In this document: in pieces, positions 41,429 through 55,029 of the stretch
Numbering within the stretch: position 1 is the first letter of the stretch
Layout: every line of letters starts with the position of its first letter
DNA from: the human T2T-CHM13v2.0 reference genome, Homo sapiens
Assembly (NCBI RefSeq): GCF_009914755.1
Contig: NC_060928.1
Length of the DNA: 64,000 bases
Direction: 5' to 3' (one strand)
Position numbers and translations under genes: made by a program
Notes under the pieces: generated by a model
Databases searched by the model: none
What the model was told of the DNA's origin: nothing
Seen by the model: only the letters and a program-made list of their open reading frames with translations

Positions 41429-44400
41429 CTACCTCTCTGTAGGACGAAAAATATAGAAATGAAATGTTCCTGTTATTAACCAAAGCTAGAACATAGAAAA
41501 CAATCGTAATTTAAATCTAGCATTGGACTTTCCTTAAATGAAAAAATCAATTATCATTTTGGCCAATAAACTGAGCCTTGATACATGCATGTTTTAAATT
41601 TTCTTTCTAAGTTTTAGAAATCTTTATAAAATTTTAACCAAGATTTTGTCCTCCACAATATTTTCTTACTATATGCTTATTTTATATGACTTCAGTTTTA
41701 TATTTTCCAGAATCTGCACAAGAATGAGCTTGACTAGTTTTTTAAAATGTACAAATTAAACCATGCTGTGAAATATTATAATACTGTTTCTTATTTCTCT
41801 TAAAATTTATTTTTCTTTTTATCTCATTTATTTTAAATAATTGAATTTTAAATCTCTCCCACTTCATCTCTCTCTCTCTTTCTCTCTCTCTCCCAGAATT
41901 GTAAGAGAAACATTTTGTGAACTGTGATATAAAGGTGATGGAAAATGCAGGCCTGTTAGTGACATAACACATCCATTCTTGAATCCTGCAAAGGATATTA
42001 TGTGAGCAAATGCACATAGTGAAACCTAAAAAGGTTCCAGTTTTTAAATGCTGAATGCTAGAGAGCTCTGCTTTTACCTGCTGTGATTTAAAAGGCTAGA
42101 GGCCTCATTTTAAGCCACTAAAATTCAAAGTGACAGAAACCTACAAATTTTTATTGCTGTGCATTTAATAAAATTTACATTTACAAGCTGTCAGTTTGAA
42201 ATGTTGAATAACTGGTACTTTTGCATTCAGAAGAGCAGATTTGGTTGTGTAGGGGGTTCATTACTACCTACTTACACGTTCCTTAAATACTCAGAATAAT
42301 CCTTCAATCTATGACTTTTGATATCTCTTAATTCAACACTGCACAAAAACACCATTGAGTTTGCAGTAAGATCAACAAAAGGAATTTATTGTGCTCCTAT
42401 AAAGCAAGACATAATTAAGAGCCCCTTTCTGCTTGTTGTAGTGCTAATACGAGAACATTAGAACCAAGGTACAGTCTATTGCTAGGTGTCTGCAGCAGCT
42501 GCCTGGTTTTTTGGTAATTTACTTACTCAATTATGTCGACTCTCTTAAATCCACAACACTGGTGGGTGGTAAGGTAGAGGGATAATAAAAAAACATAGAG
42601 TAGGAAACCCCTTTAATGCATGTTTTATGTGCATCTTGGGTAACATTTTTTTTGTTTGTTTGCTTTTGAGAACAAGAATTAAAGATTGTAACTTTAGGAA
42701 ACTCTCAGCACAGGAATAAACCTGCATGGGTTTTAGACAACTTTAAAAATTATGAGATGTCTAATAATCCTATGATTATGTGGTCTGTTCTGAAAAAGAA
42801 TATTAAACTAAATGTTTGACTCAGTATTACAAAAACAGATTATCTAATGGCTTCCAAGGGGGAAATATGAGAAGGACCATTCATAAAGTTCCTTAATAGT
42901 AATAAATTATACACACTTCCTTATTTTCCATGTAAATGCAAAGACAAGGAGAAACTCTGACGGGATGTGTTCTCACAGCTTTATAAGAACCACCTTTAAT
43001 AAAATGTCTTCGAACTCCTGTCAATTTTAATCCAATATTCCTTTCAAATGAGCATCAGAAAAAAATGCTCACTACACTTATGAATATCTAATTTTTTCTT
43101 AATATTCAAAGAAAGTTTGAATGCCAAACTCAAAGTTTTAATTTTTAGAATGCATTTGTTTTGTATTTAAGTCAAAATACAAAATGGGAAAAAGAGTCCG
43201 AAAGTAGAAAATTCATGCCGATTTACCTTGCCATTATTCAAATATGAAAAATTAAATTATTGTACTAAATGCAAATTAGTGACTTTGAAAATTCAAATTG
43301 ATTCATTTTAAATATTATTTAAATTATCTCTATAATTGTGGCATTCATATAAAAGGACAAATTATAATGTGCTGATATAAATTGCAACTTGGAGACAAAA
43401 CAGGTTAAGTAATTCTCTTCATATATCAAAATTTATGTGGCACTCATAGTCCATTTTCTTTCCGTATGTTAAGTCCCACAAAATGTCTTTGATAAACCGA
43501 ATAATCTCCATTTTACAGCTCAAAAATTACAAAAGAATTTACAAATACTAAGCATTAGTTTTGATTGCAAATTAGATAACCTTAAACTGTCCGCTCTGGA
43601 ACTTTTTATCCTCTTTTAGACAAGGTGACATTATTTAAAATAAGAAAGAGCAACAACAACAAAAACCTTATTTTGTAAAATTACCTTTTAATCATTGCCT
43701 TTGAAATCACTTTTGTATCTTTTGCTTCTAAGACAATTTTTTTTTGATTTTTGTCTCAAAAGAACTGAAGGCATAAAATATATTATAGCCAATTAAGTCT
43801 GATGCAATAATATGTTTAGTAATACCTTTCTAAGTTTTTAAAAGCAATTTATACCTCATTTTTTTATTTGTAGTTACCAGAGGTGAATTAAATAGTTTGG
43901 AAAGAGGCCTAGAAAATTTTTGTTTTTAAAATGAAAGGTGAAATCTGAAAATGTCTGAGAGGCTACAAAATAACAGGAGAATGTGTAAGTCATCTTTTCT
44001 CTCTGTTTTCCTCCTGAATAATGAAATCACTGAGCTAAAGGAACCCTACTGAGTTTTCACTGTGCCAACATCACATAACTGGCCTCTATTTGAATTATGT
44101 ATGTTCATTCTCTACAACTTAAGTTACTTGATTTTCCTGTTAAAAAGTCCATTCTGAAATAGTACACACTGCTCAGAATATGTGGATGAAAATAATATCT
44201 ATAACAGAGTAAGATAATCTCACTTTTTCAAAAAGTATGGTAAAAATAGCAGTGACATATCTAAGATAACAAATGCCAATGACTCATTGACTAATAAATG
44301 TAAAAAATTAGTTTAGAGTAAAAAATATAATAGAAGAGGATCTTTTGCCCTCAGTCATTAGTTCAGGGCGAGCTCAGGCTAAACATTAATTTGAAACCTT

Positions 44401-44583
44401 TTCTCAAACACTTGATTTCAATGTTTGTTTAAATGCTAGGTTTATTGGTGTAATATATGCATTGGATATATATGGTCTCTATTAATCTGACTGGTTGCAT
44501 TCAAGATAAATGAACTTTAAGTAACTAAAATAACATCGATATTAATATAATTGTATTTACTAACCTCCTGCTACTCCTTTCAG

Positions 44584-44710
44584 CCTGGCATAAGGGTTGG
44601 AATTACAAGTCAGACAGGGCTGAGCAGCAATCTTCAAGAAAATTGCTCTAAATTGGCCTTCATTAGCTCTCACGGCACTGAAAAACAACTCCAATGCATG
44701 CCTATGGAAG
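44584..44710 (+). other. Candidate orphan internal exon (127 nt)
   Basis: Branch point TACTAAC at 44558-44564, pyrimidine tract plus CAG acceptor, AAG|GTAAGC donor. Confidence 0.45.
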
Positions 44711-45739
44711 GTAAGCCAGTAGAAAAGCTCCCTATTAAAAAGGCAGCACATTAACCTGCTTAACAGGCATTCATCACATTCAATAAATACTATTCAATAA
44801 AGCATCTTCGATGGCAAAATAATTCTGCCATTTCTAAATATTGGGACTGTTAGGACCAAATTTAAAACCCACCCTGCAATGGCATGTATGTTAATTCCAA
44901 TTACTTTTTTTTTTCAATTGTAGAGAATTAGAGATTGTTGCCAAATTTTTAAATTGCCTTTACATTATGTTCCTCGGGTATAAATAATCAGTACTGCAGA
45001 GTAACAAAGAATAAAGAAACTAAAACTTTGAAAGAACTTTAAGAGGAAAATATATTTCAAAGTGAAGAAAAAATTCTTGTGTTTCATAGCTTCGCTTTGA
45101 AGAGTATGCTCTTTCTTGACATCTGCATAGTAAAAGGGAGTTTAATTTCCTTGGTCAACTCTCCTTTCTGAAAATCCTGTATTGGCAGACTTGGAAATGG
45201 AAGGAATTTGTCTCAGGGATTAATTCGCAGCTCTTCTTAACACTCAAACGCTGAATATCTTCAGTACACAAGCCAGGGAATGTGAACCTTAGAGTTACAC
45301 TTTTTAGCAAACAAATGTTTTTAAAATATATTTTTTCAATAGAGAGACTACACAAAATATATCGGTGTCATGAACTGTCTGACATGAAATTGATATGCAT
45401 ATTAATTTTCCCAGCTGAGCTCCCTCTGGTTTATAGCTTGAAAAAGTTCCAGCAATTTGTCCTTTATATTGGCATTTCCATTTCTAAACCTTACCATTGG
45501 TTTTGTTCCAAAAAATAACATTTCAAAACAGAACAGTAAAGTAAAACATTTTAGGCCTAGCAAATAAGACCACCTTCTTGAAAGCCAGGTCATTTTTCTC
45601 AAAGTCTAAGTTCACAGCCAATTCTACCATTTCAACTTGAACCATTTTAATTTAGTAAGCATTTTTTATAAAATATCAAGGTTCTGTGAATTCATTTGTC
45701 TGCTCGGTGAAACATGGCTATTCATATCAATGGAAGGAT

Positions 45740-45965
45740 GCAGTTTAGAGTAGTGGCTAAAATTTAGGTCACAAAGTCAATTGATCCTAGTCTTACTATT
45801 TACTATCTATATGACCTTAAGCAAGTCACTTATACTCTCTAAGGCTCAATTTCCTAATCTGTTAAGTGGGAATGATCTCAACAACTTTCTTAAGGATGAA
45901 ATGAAACAATATGTGGAAGACACCAAGCATGGAACCTAGCATGAAGCAAGCACTAGTTAATGGCA
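45740..45965 (+). mobile_element. MIR SINE
   Basis: tgaccttaagcaagtcacttatactctctaaggctcaatttcctaatctg. Confidence 0.75.
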
Positions 45966-48099
45966 GGTGTTATCTCTATATTCAAGCGGACTTTTTTTTT
46001 AATTAAATAAGATAATTAGAGCAAAACGACCATTTACATATTTTTTAAAGCTCACTTATCAATATTTAATTCAGATGTTAATTGATTAATCATACACTGC
46101 CTATACATACCAGGTAAAAGGTGAAAACCTGGATCATGCAAGAAAATACTCTTCTACAAAAAAATGATGATTTTTTCCCTCCAAAATATTTGGTTATCAA
46201 AATGAAAAATGGCATTTTTCACTTTTCTCCCAGCTTTTTGCCATCTGAAAAACAAGTATGTTTTTCTTTTTATGCTACTTGCATGTAAACCAAATGGTAT
46301 TTTAACGTTTATTTCAAGATTCATCTTGAAGCTGACTTTAATTTTTTTCTTACATGGTCCACAGTTAAGTAGAATTCTAAAGTCTTATTTTTAATTTTAA
46401 TTCCAGATTCAAACTACTTTTTTGCTAGATTCCTATTTACTAAAAACAAAATAAAACAAAAATCTGTGAAAAATATATATGGGAGATAGTAGTTTGTACA
46501 GTTTTTTTTCAGTTCTCTTGAACACATAAGCAATTTTTTTAAATACAGGTAATATAAATTCTTTTACACTGCAACACCCATCATTACCCAAGAGTATTTA
46601 TTTCTATATCAGGCCTGTTCTTTACCAAGAAATCCATTTCTAGGGATATAATTATTTTATTACAATTATTTTCAATTTTATGATTGAGAATAAAGGAGTA
46701 TAGAAATCCAACATAAAAGGTACAAATGGCTTTTTGTGTGAGGAGGGGGTGAAAATTATTTCAAACTCATTTGCATTAAGGGAGCAGGGCAGCCTCAATT
46801 TAGTTTTCATATTTATAACATAGTTTTGAGTATAGCTCAGGCAAGCCAATGGCAAACGAACAAACAACAACAACAACAAAAACCTTTCCAGTATAATGAA
46901 GGACTTGCCATGTGGTCCCTGAAATGACCACTTGGTGAAGGAAGGGACACTGGCCCAGTGTCATGAGGAGTCTAGAGCTTCCTTATGTGTTGGGGCCAGG
47001 GTCACTGTGGGATGCAGTTATTATTACGCATATGCAGATAACATAGATTTGGCCAGCTTACACTCAATGCTGCCATTTTCTATTTGCCTCCCTCCATCCA
47101 TGGAGGTGGGACTCTAGAAGTCAGTGGGAGTTCAGGGCACATGAGCATGTGTAAAGCATGCCCACACAGCCCAACCAGGCCCATAAAAGCCAGGAAATGA
47201 ACAAGTTCAAGTTCTCATAGTGTGTTAATGTGCCCACAAATGTACCTACTTTATATATTTAACAGCTCATGTAGTAATGAAAAATGCCATGTAGAATATA
47301 TAGGTGCATGTACAAGGTGGGCTAATTAATATGCCTATATTTGCTCCATAATTGTTTCATTCCCTATATTTTTGGTTAGTGTGAAACTGCAAACTTATAT
47401 AAATAGTTTATATTTTATATGGAATTTCATGTAAAAGAAACCAAGGGGGAACGACAAATATGGCAAAATTCTAATGGTATTCTTACTGAATTTCATGAGC
47501 TCGATATTCCACCTTTTTTCCCCTATAAACTGCCAATATATTAACACAAAACTTTCAATTCTAGCATGATCATTCGGCAAGCCTATAGCTTAGCAAAAGG
47601 AAAAAGCCCCATGGAATGTTCCAAATCTATGGGCACTAACATTTCACATTTTGTCATGCCTCACCCAAGTTATCTCTGTACAACAGCCAGATACCGAGTT
47701 TGATATTTTGAAATCCAAACATGTTTGTCAGTTTGAAAACTAGGGAAGCCTGGAATAAAGAGTTGAATTTTAAAGTTTTCGTTATTACTAGTGAGCTCTG
47801 GGTTTGGGTTGTTTTTCTAGGACAAGCCAAAGGCCACTGAAGATGTTTTTCCATTAATTTTTCATAAGCATTTAAGCTAAAGGAGGGAAAAGGGATGGAA
47901 AGATGGGAGGACATGGTTTTCTTTGAGGAAGGAAATGAGAAATCACCGCAAATAATTCACCTGGATAGGTAAAGGCGAGCAAACACTGTCTGCTTGTGAA
48001 TCCCTGACAACTTCCCTACCTTCCTCCCGAGGGAGAGGCAGAGCCTCTAGCTCCATTTCAGACCTGCAAGGAAAGGGCTTTGAGAAGGGAACTGGGGAG

Positions 48100-50950
48100 A
48101 AGCACGTTCCAGGTGTGGGTTCAGCTCGGCACTCGCCACAGGCCTCCGCAGGTGGCTCTCCTTGGCAGCGAGGCAAGGCGCAAACCCGCTGGCTTGGGAA
48201 GCCTGACGTGACCCCCGCCCGCCAAGGCTGGCAGGAAGCGACGCCGGGGTTCTCCGCAAGAAGAAGGCGGCCTCCGGGTGTCGGCCGCAGCCAGGCTACT
48301 GTGCTCCGGGGCAAACCGCTGCAAAGTCCTAGTGAGGCAGAACTCGACCCCCAACACTCAGCAGCCTGCCGTCCACCCATCCACACCCCCGTCTCGCCCC
48401 CTGCCCCAAGCTGGCAGATGCCTTGTCGCCCCTCTAAGACCGCACCCGGATTGGGTGGCTGCAAAGACGCTCGCCAAAGCGCTCAGAGCCCCAGGGAAGC
48501 CGTGGCGCCTGGCAGCTCCCTCTCCTCTGGGAGATCTGGGGGCGCCAGGGCTGCCGGGGCCTAGCACAGCGTGCGCCACGAGGCTTAAGGATGCGAAAAC
48601 TACTGGGAGGCCGAGAGAGGTCCCGGGAGCAGGGGCTTGAGGAGGCACCTTGGGGCTACGGACTTCGCTGCCGTGGTGGCCTCGCAGGAGAAAGTGGCTT
48701 AAATGAAGAGTCCTGGCTCCAGGCTTGACGCCCAGCTAGATAAACGATCACCTCCCTGAGAGGAGGCCTTGGGCATGCCGTGTTCCCAGAGCCCATGGCA
48801 CAGTGGCCCCCAGAACACGCTGATCGAGCAGAGGCCAGACACCATCCATTCGCTTGCCTACGCGCCCTACAGCCTTAGGCTTTGCTGTGAGGTCCCGAAC
48901 CACATGCACCAGGACCACCCGAAAAGTAAAAGTGCAGATCTCTGGGCCTCGCCCTCATCTGCTGAAACCAAGCAATCTCTCCACTGTATTTTCTCGCGCG
49001 CTGAAGTTTGGGGCTTGCAAGGCCCTAACACTGCACCGGGCTTTTTCATTTTGGAAGCGCCCTCATCCCTCTTTAGCTTCACCACGAGGTAGACATTACC
49101 AGCTCCGTCTTCACAGAAGGACCTGCGGCAGAAAGAAGGTTAAGGGCTTTTCAAGGACCCACGCAGGACGTGGCTCCTCCGCAAACGCAGCGTCCGGCAC
49201 GGTCAAGCGCTGCTAGCATGTGGGAAATTCACGGTCCCCTCTCCCGCGTACTTGAACCAACTTATCTGGCACTTGCCCCCACCCCCATTAATTGCTGGCG
49301 TTCGGGGGAATGGGGTGATTGTTGCGGGGCGGAAAGAGAGCTCCCAGTGTCGAGGGCAGAAGCCGGTGACAGCCAGCTTCACCTGGGACTGCTTCTGCCG
49401 AGAGGGAAGTGGGGTGGGGGGGTGCGGGGTAGGGGGGCGCGGAACACTGGCCTGGCTGCGCTGTACTGCCAGGTGGCCTTCTCAGGATCCCTCGCTGCGC
49501 CTCTCAGCCCCATCCCATCCAAACCACGCCCCGCCTGCGGCCACTAGCCCATTTTATCCCATTGAGCCCCCGTCCTTCCCCATCGCGGGGTTCCACTCCA
49601 CTGGTGCCAGGGCTATGCCCCTCACCCACCCACTCCACCGGTGCTGGCTACCGCAATCTCTACCCGGGCGTCCAGATTCCTGGCCTTGTCCTTTCTGCTG
49701 GAATCATCAATGGGATCGCGCCGCCGCCGCCGAGCAGCCCTACACTCCTGGCTCGCGCTCTCGGCCTCCGGCACCTTGGACATCCCGCGTTTAGGGAATG
49801 GAAAGTGTGAAGTCAGTGGTGAGTAACTGGAGCGTGATATAACTAAAACTAAATCCGCATGTTCCTCCCTCCAGGCCGAGAACCCTCAGCGTCGAGGAGC
49901 CGGGTGTCGAGTGCAATCAGCTCTGTCTCTATGCGGATGTCACAGATCCAGTGCTCTGCTTGGGACAGAAGGACCCGGGTGTTGAAGGCAAGGTGTGACC
50001 GGCTAGCGGCTCTGAGCCACTGTGATCACCGTTTCCCGTTCGAGACGCAGAGGGGAAGACGCACGCCAACGCGGGCTTGGGCCTCTTCCGGGCCTCCTCC
50101 CTTTGGAGAGGCCGGGGTTAGCTCAGCAATTCCGCTCACTCGCTCCGTGCCCTGGAGAAAGAAATGTTCTCTTTGCAAGCTGCTTCACCACCTGTAACAG
50201 TAGGAGAACGATACCTTCTCTTTCCACAAATATTCAGAGAAGCCTACCAGATACCAGGCACCATTCTGGGTCCTGAAACACAGGAGAAGGTAGCAGACAG
50301 GCCTGGATAGGGATGCGAACTCTCAAGCTAGACACGAGTTTCAAATTCAGGGTCCATCACTTGGTTAGCTGTAGGACCACGGAGAAATCCAGTTCCTGGT
50401 ACCTCGGCCCCCTCAACTATTAAATGGGAGTGGTAATATTATGACCCCCATAGAATGGACGAGACCAATTATCTAATGGGCATAGATAGCTTGCCATGGT
50501 GGGCTGGCCCTATGGAAAGCTCAACAATTATCGTGGTGTTACCTGGCTTCAGACCGCGCATGTGTCCCCCAGTCTTGCTGACAACCTTTCCTTAGGACCA
50601 AAGGGAGGAGATGCAGACGAGAAGAACCGAAGGACTAGGCGGCATGCCGAGGTGCTCTTGCGGAAGCCAAACTTGGGCTCTCCGAAACAGGCCGGGAAAG
50701 CTGAAAGCACAGTGACCTCCTTCGCTCTCCCAAGCCGCTGGGTCGCCGCTACGCGCCGAGGCGATTAGTCAGTGAGGTCCGCACTCGGCGCAGACTGAAG
50801 TGCTCCAGAACTAACCACCTCCGCAGACGCAACGGAGCCAGGAGGGGCCTCAGGGGCCTCCAACCGCATGGCTCTTCCCAGCTTTCCCGGACACCAGCGC
50901 TGAGCACTGGGGAGCCGGGGAGCAAGCGCCAAGAGGAGCTTTTAAATTAA
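48100..50950. promoter_or_regulatory. Orphan CpG-island block(s) with no associated coding exon
   Basis: Abrupt shift to GC/CpG-rich sequence at ~48000. Sub-blocks ~48100-50200 and ~50550-50950, separated by a MIR. Confidence 0.8.
50290..50470 (+). mobile_element. MIR SINE
   Basis: gtttcaaattcagggtccatcacttggttagctgt...cctcaactattaaatgggagtggtaata. Confidence 0.6.
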
Positions 50951-51959
50951 AATTTCCAGAGTAGCCTCAGAGAGGGAGGGAAATTCCAGTTGAAAAGCCC
51001 CTTCTGCCTCAGGACGTTATTCAGTAAAATGGACAGAAGCTGCCTCACAAGTGCTTTGAAAGCTTTTCTGGGATGGCTTAAAAATACACCTGAGCCTTCT
51101 TGTGACTATGTCCCAGAAGGTCCTGTTGGCCGCCTCACCCTTTTTTCAGGCAGTTATGATCTGACTTAATATAGGAACTCCCATTTTTCCAGCACTGTGC
51201 ACCAAGCACATTGCCAACCATTTTACATGATTTTAATCTCAGTCTACAAAATAGGTAGTAAGCCTGTAGATCTTTCCATAGCTGGCACTCACACAGTAAG
51301 TGGTTGATAAGATGGAATAAGCAATCAGGATTTCTGATCAGGATTGCCTTCCCAGAAGGGACATTTGTGAACTCCAAATGAATTCTGCCCTTCCACTGGC
51401 CTCTTATGAAGGACTAAGAACCAAATGTCCCACTCAATTTCTCAATCAGACTTTAAGGCAGTCTTTCTGCCTCACCCAGAGATCTGGGGAATTATGATAA
51501 TTACAATAGGAATGTTAGCATAGCAATTTGCCCTTTAGGAATAGGTTGGGCAGCAAAGGGCAGCTAAAGCACCGCTCCATGTCCTGAAGTCCTTCCAGTA
51601 GATCACAAGCGTACAATCAATCTAAGTCAAGAGCCTGTTTTCTCTGCCAGAACAGTTTGAAGACAAGCTTCCAACCATCCCCCAGACCCCCAATCTCTTC
51701 CTATAGGGAAATTCTGGAGCCTCCTCTGCTAAGTGGAAATTGTTATCTTCCTTGAACAGGTGGCAGCCAGCTCCGCCAGGCTGTGACTGATGCAAGGCCA
51801 CCCAGCTAGTGAGTGGTTTTGTCAGTCTTGAACTCAGATTATATCCCTAAAGTCCTTGTCTCTGAGCAATCACACACAATTACCAGAACATTTACTAACT
51901 ACCTCATCTTTCCCTACACTGGTAATGTCTGTAAAGGCCGCTTACATACCAAGAAGGAA

Positions 51960-52620
51960 TAAGAGCTGACAATAGTGAGCTCTTACTGAATGTCAGGCAT
52001 AGAGAAAAATGTTGTACATATATATTTTTAAAGCAAACATAAAGCACCCTTTCTGCCAGGTCTGGCTTTAAATGCTTTACATGTATTTATTTAATCTTCA
52101 CAACAGCCCCTCATTTTACACAAGAAGAAATGGAGGCACAAAGAGATTGTTTATTACTTCAAAATTACCTGGCTAATATGTGGCAGAGCTAAACTTAGCA
52201 TCCAGACCTCTGACTGGAGAGGCCTCCCTCCAAACTGCCTTTCTAGGCAACATTTAGAACATCTCTCTGCAAGGATCCTTCAGGCTTCATGAGCCTTTGG
52301 TAGCTTCCATATTTGTTTGCTTGAATCTCAGGCAAATACCTGAGATTCCTTCCCAGGTGAGCTGTGGTGTCTTTGAAAAATAGTTAATGTATATCGAGTA
52401 CTTACTATATACACCAGGCGCCAGTAACTGCGTACTTGCTACATGCCAGGCATTATTCTAAGCCATCTACAAGTTTAAACTCATTTAATGCTCAGCAAAA
52501 CCCTGTGGGATAGATTCTATCACTGCACCCAATTTACAGATGAGCAAACTGAGGCCCAATATCATGCAATTAGTAAAAGGTAGAGTTGGGGTTGACTCTC
52601 AGGTTGTCTGGCTGCAAATG
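51960..52620 (-). mobile_element. Two antisense MIR SINEs
   Basis: tttaatcttcacaacagccc...cattttacacaagaagaaatggaggcaca; ccaatttacagatgagcaaactgaggccca. Confidence 0.75.
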
Positions 52621-53299
52621 ATCCTGTGCTGGATGTGAAAATGGAGGTTCCATTTGTTCAGAGGCCTCTGCATTAATATTCATCATATCTTTTTCTCCCA
52701 ATTTACATACAGGGATTTCTTTGATGGAATTTTCCTGCTTATCTAAAGCTTCAAGCAGCCTAAGAAAACAGCAGAGCCACTATCTTCAGGCTTGACCTCC
52801 GTCTTCTTACCAGTAAAATGAGCAGCTAAGGCAACTCTTGGAGGTTTGAGGCTTGAGACGTGTGCCTGGAACCTGAATAGCAGTTCCACAGCTTTAGGGC
52901 GCGTTCTTACAGGTGCCAGCGGTGCGACTACATCCACTCACGGTTTTTTGCCTATTTTCTAGGAGTTACAAAGTACATTCACAAACATCCTTGCAAAATC
53001 GCAAAGAAGTGTCCACTGCTGCTTTAGAGCTGGCCAAAAGGATGAGCCAAACAGGCTTCTACTCTGTCCTGATAATCAAATGTTTTCAACCTCCCTCCGT
53101 GGGCACCTTCAACTTATTTATGTCTAAAAATGTATTGTCAAGACGCTTCTTTTTTGATCAAGGCCCGATTTGGGTGGTGGGGCAGGGTAGGTGTTACCGA
53201 GAAGCCAGAAGCATTAGCACTTACACTGGCTGGTTCACCTTGGCCACATCCTCTCCACATCTCCTCCCTGGGCGTCCCCAAAGTCACTGGGTCAGAACC

Positions 53300-53960
53300 G
53301 AAATGGAGGCTTTGGCAGCGACCGCGTGTGATCCACAGCAGACGTCGGAAGCAGGAAGGGGCGTCCTGCGCGGTGGGACCCGCGCGGGGGCAGTGGCGCA
53401 GGCGCCAGGAGGCAGGTGCAGCACCGAGCCCGGTGCGCCGCTGCAGGCGGGTGCACGGGTGGCGAGAATGGGGAGATGTCGAGTGAGAGCCACGCCGAAT
53501 TTCAGACCTTGGCGCGTGATTTCTTCTCCATCTCTGTTTCCCTAATGGGCACCTGGTCTCGTTGACACTCGTGGGTCATCGCTGCTTTTACACAAGGAGA
53601 AGTGCTCTGAGACTCGAGCTGCGCCCGCAAATTCAGGGTGGGCTACGCAGGGAGGGCCTGCGGCTCGCCCACAACATCCTCTCAGCGCTCAACGCCCCCC
53701 ATCACCCCCACATCCCGCCCCCCGCCCCCTCACCCGCTCAGGGGTCAGCCGGGACTACAGATAGCCTCTGGGGATTCCCCGCCAGCCTCCGGAGAGCTCA
53801 GGGCTTTGGTCCTGCCTCCTTGCCTGACTGGGGCGTACCTGCAGTGTTCCCCTTCCAACCGCTCAGCAGTGGCGCAAGTGCTTCCTCCACTTGCGTGGGT
53901 GGCGTCTCAGCGAAGGTCCGCGCCCTTCGAGTGTCTGGAAAGGAGCCGTGTTGAGCTTGC
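53300..53960. promoter_or_regulatory. Orphan CpG island
   Basis: Dense CpG/GCGC sequence with a GC-box cluster at 53714-53729. Confidence 0.8.
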
Positions 53961-55029
53961 AACCATTTTTGGAGTGGGGCATCTTTAACCCTATTTACAG
54001 AGGCGGTATCTGAGGTTTCTGTGATGTATTCCTAAAAGCAGGGTTAGTAAATTGTGAGCTAACTCCACTGGCCCCCGCGTGGATCTCCCTACTCCCCAAG
54101 AAAAAAATGCATTGATCTATATTAGAACTTCAAGTTAAACAGTGAGGCCCTGGTAGACGGGGTTACGTCTCTACTTCTGTATCTCAAGAGCTTCGCCCGG
54201 AGTCTAGCTTCAAGTGGGTAGAGGGTGAGGAGGGAGGAATGGGGGAGAGGAAGTGACCCCCAAAACAACCTACAAAATGTTGGTATATAGTAGGGTTCGC
54301 AGTATCCCCTGGACCTACTAAATTGGGTAACACGCGGGGACACGGATGTGAGAGTCTTAGTTTCGGCTTTCCGTCTACTAACCTCAGTTTCCTCACACCA
54401 GAAGTGGCCATAATTAGTCACGCCTGGTTTGTGTGAGTGCCGAAAGTGAGAGGAAGGTGAATTGCATCATCTCGTATTAGCGCTGTGATCTTGAGCAAAT
54501 TACTTACCCTCTCTGTGCCTAAATTTCCTGGCACGTTGTCAATGTTTCCCCGAAACACCCCCCAAACCCCCCCCGCAAAACAAAAAACAAAAAACAAACA
54601 AACAAAAACCTTTGCCTGTCTTGATGGTTTTGAGGCTTGCAAATAAAAGGAGGGAGCCAGGTCTGCCTTTCCCGGGCTGAAGGACAAAAACAGTCTCACC
54701 ACTGGGAATGGTTCTGTGCAGAATTTTCTCACCAATTACTAGCCTTGAGATCTTGGATAAGCTGCACTCTCCTCTGCCCTCAGTCTCCATCTATAAAACA
54801 AGTCACGGAAGATGCAACAGTCTCTGAGGCCCCGTCCAAGCTCTGGTCTTTGCTCCTTGGTGTAGGGGGCCCTCAGGTTGGAGGAAGTGGTTCAAAGGCT
54901 AAAGTTGGGTCCGTCCCGTGGGCCCCTCCCACTCCCCCCTTTTGGGCGCGGCTCGGGGGTGGAAGCCCTGGGCGACAGCACAGCTTCGCTGCGGCGGGGA
55001 AGGAGGACCGTCGGGCCCAGAGTTCCCGC

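Noticed and set aside
49466-49480. CTCF-like motifs (ctgccaggtggcc here; actgcaggtggcc at ~41216)
   Set aside because: Partial matches only; cannot be called without PWM scoring or ChIP data.
47943-50276. Overlapping 100-180 aa ORFs that a gene predictor could chain into a gene
   Set aside because: Open in many frames on both strands, mostly non-ATG starts, no recognisable domain. Typical CpG-island artefact.
52913-53545. 210-aa plus-strand ORF
   Set aside because: GTG start, no recognisable family, and composition shifts with the CpG island.
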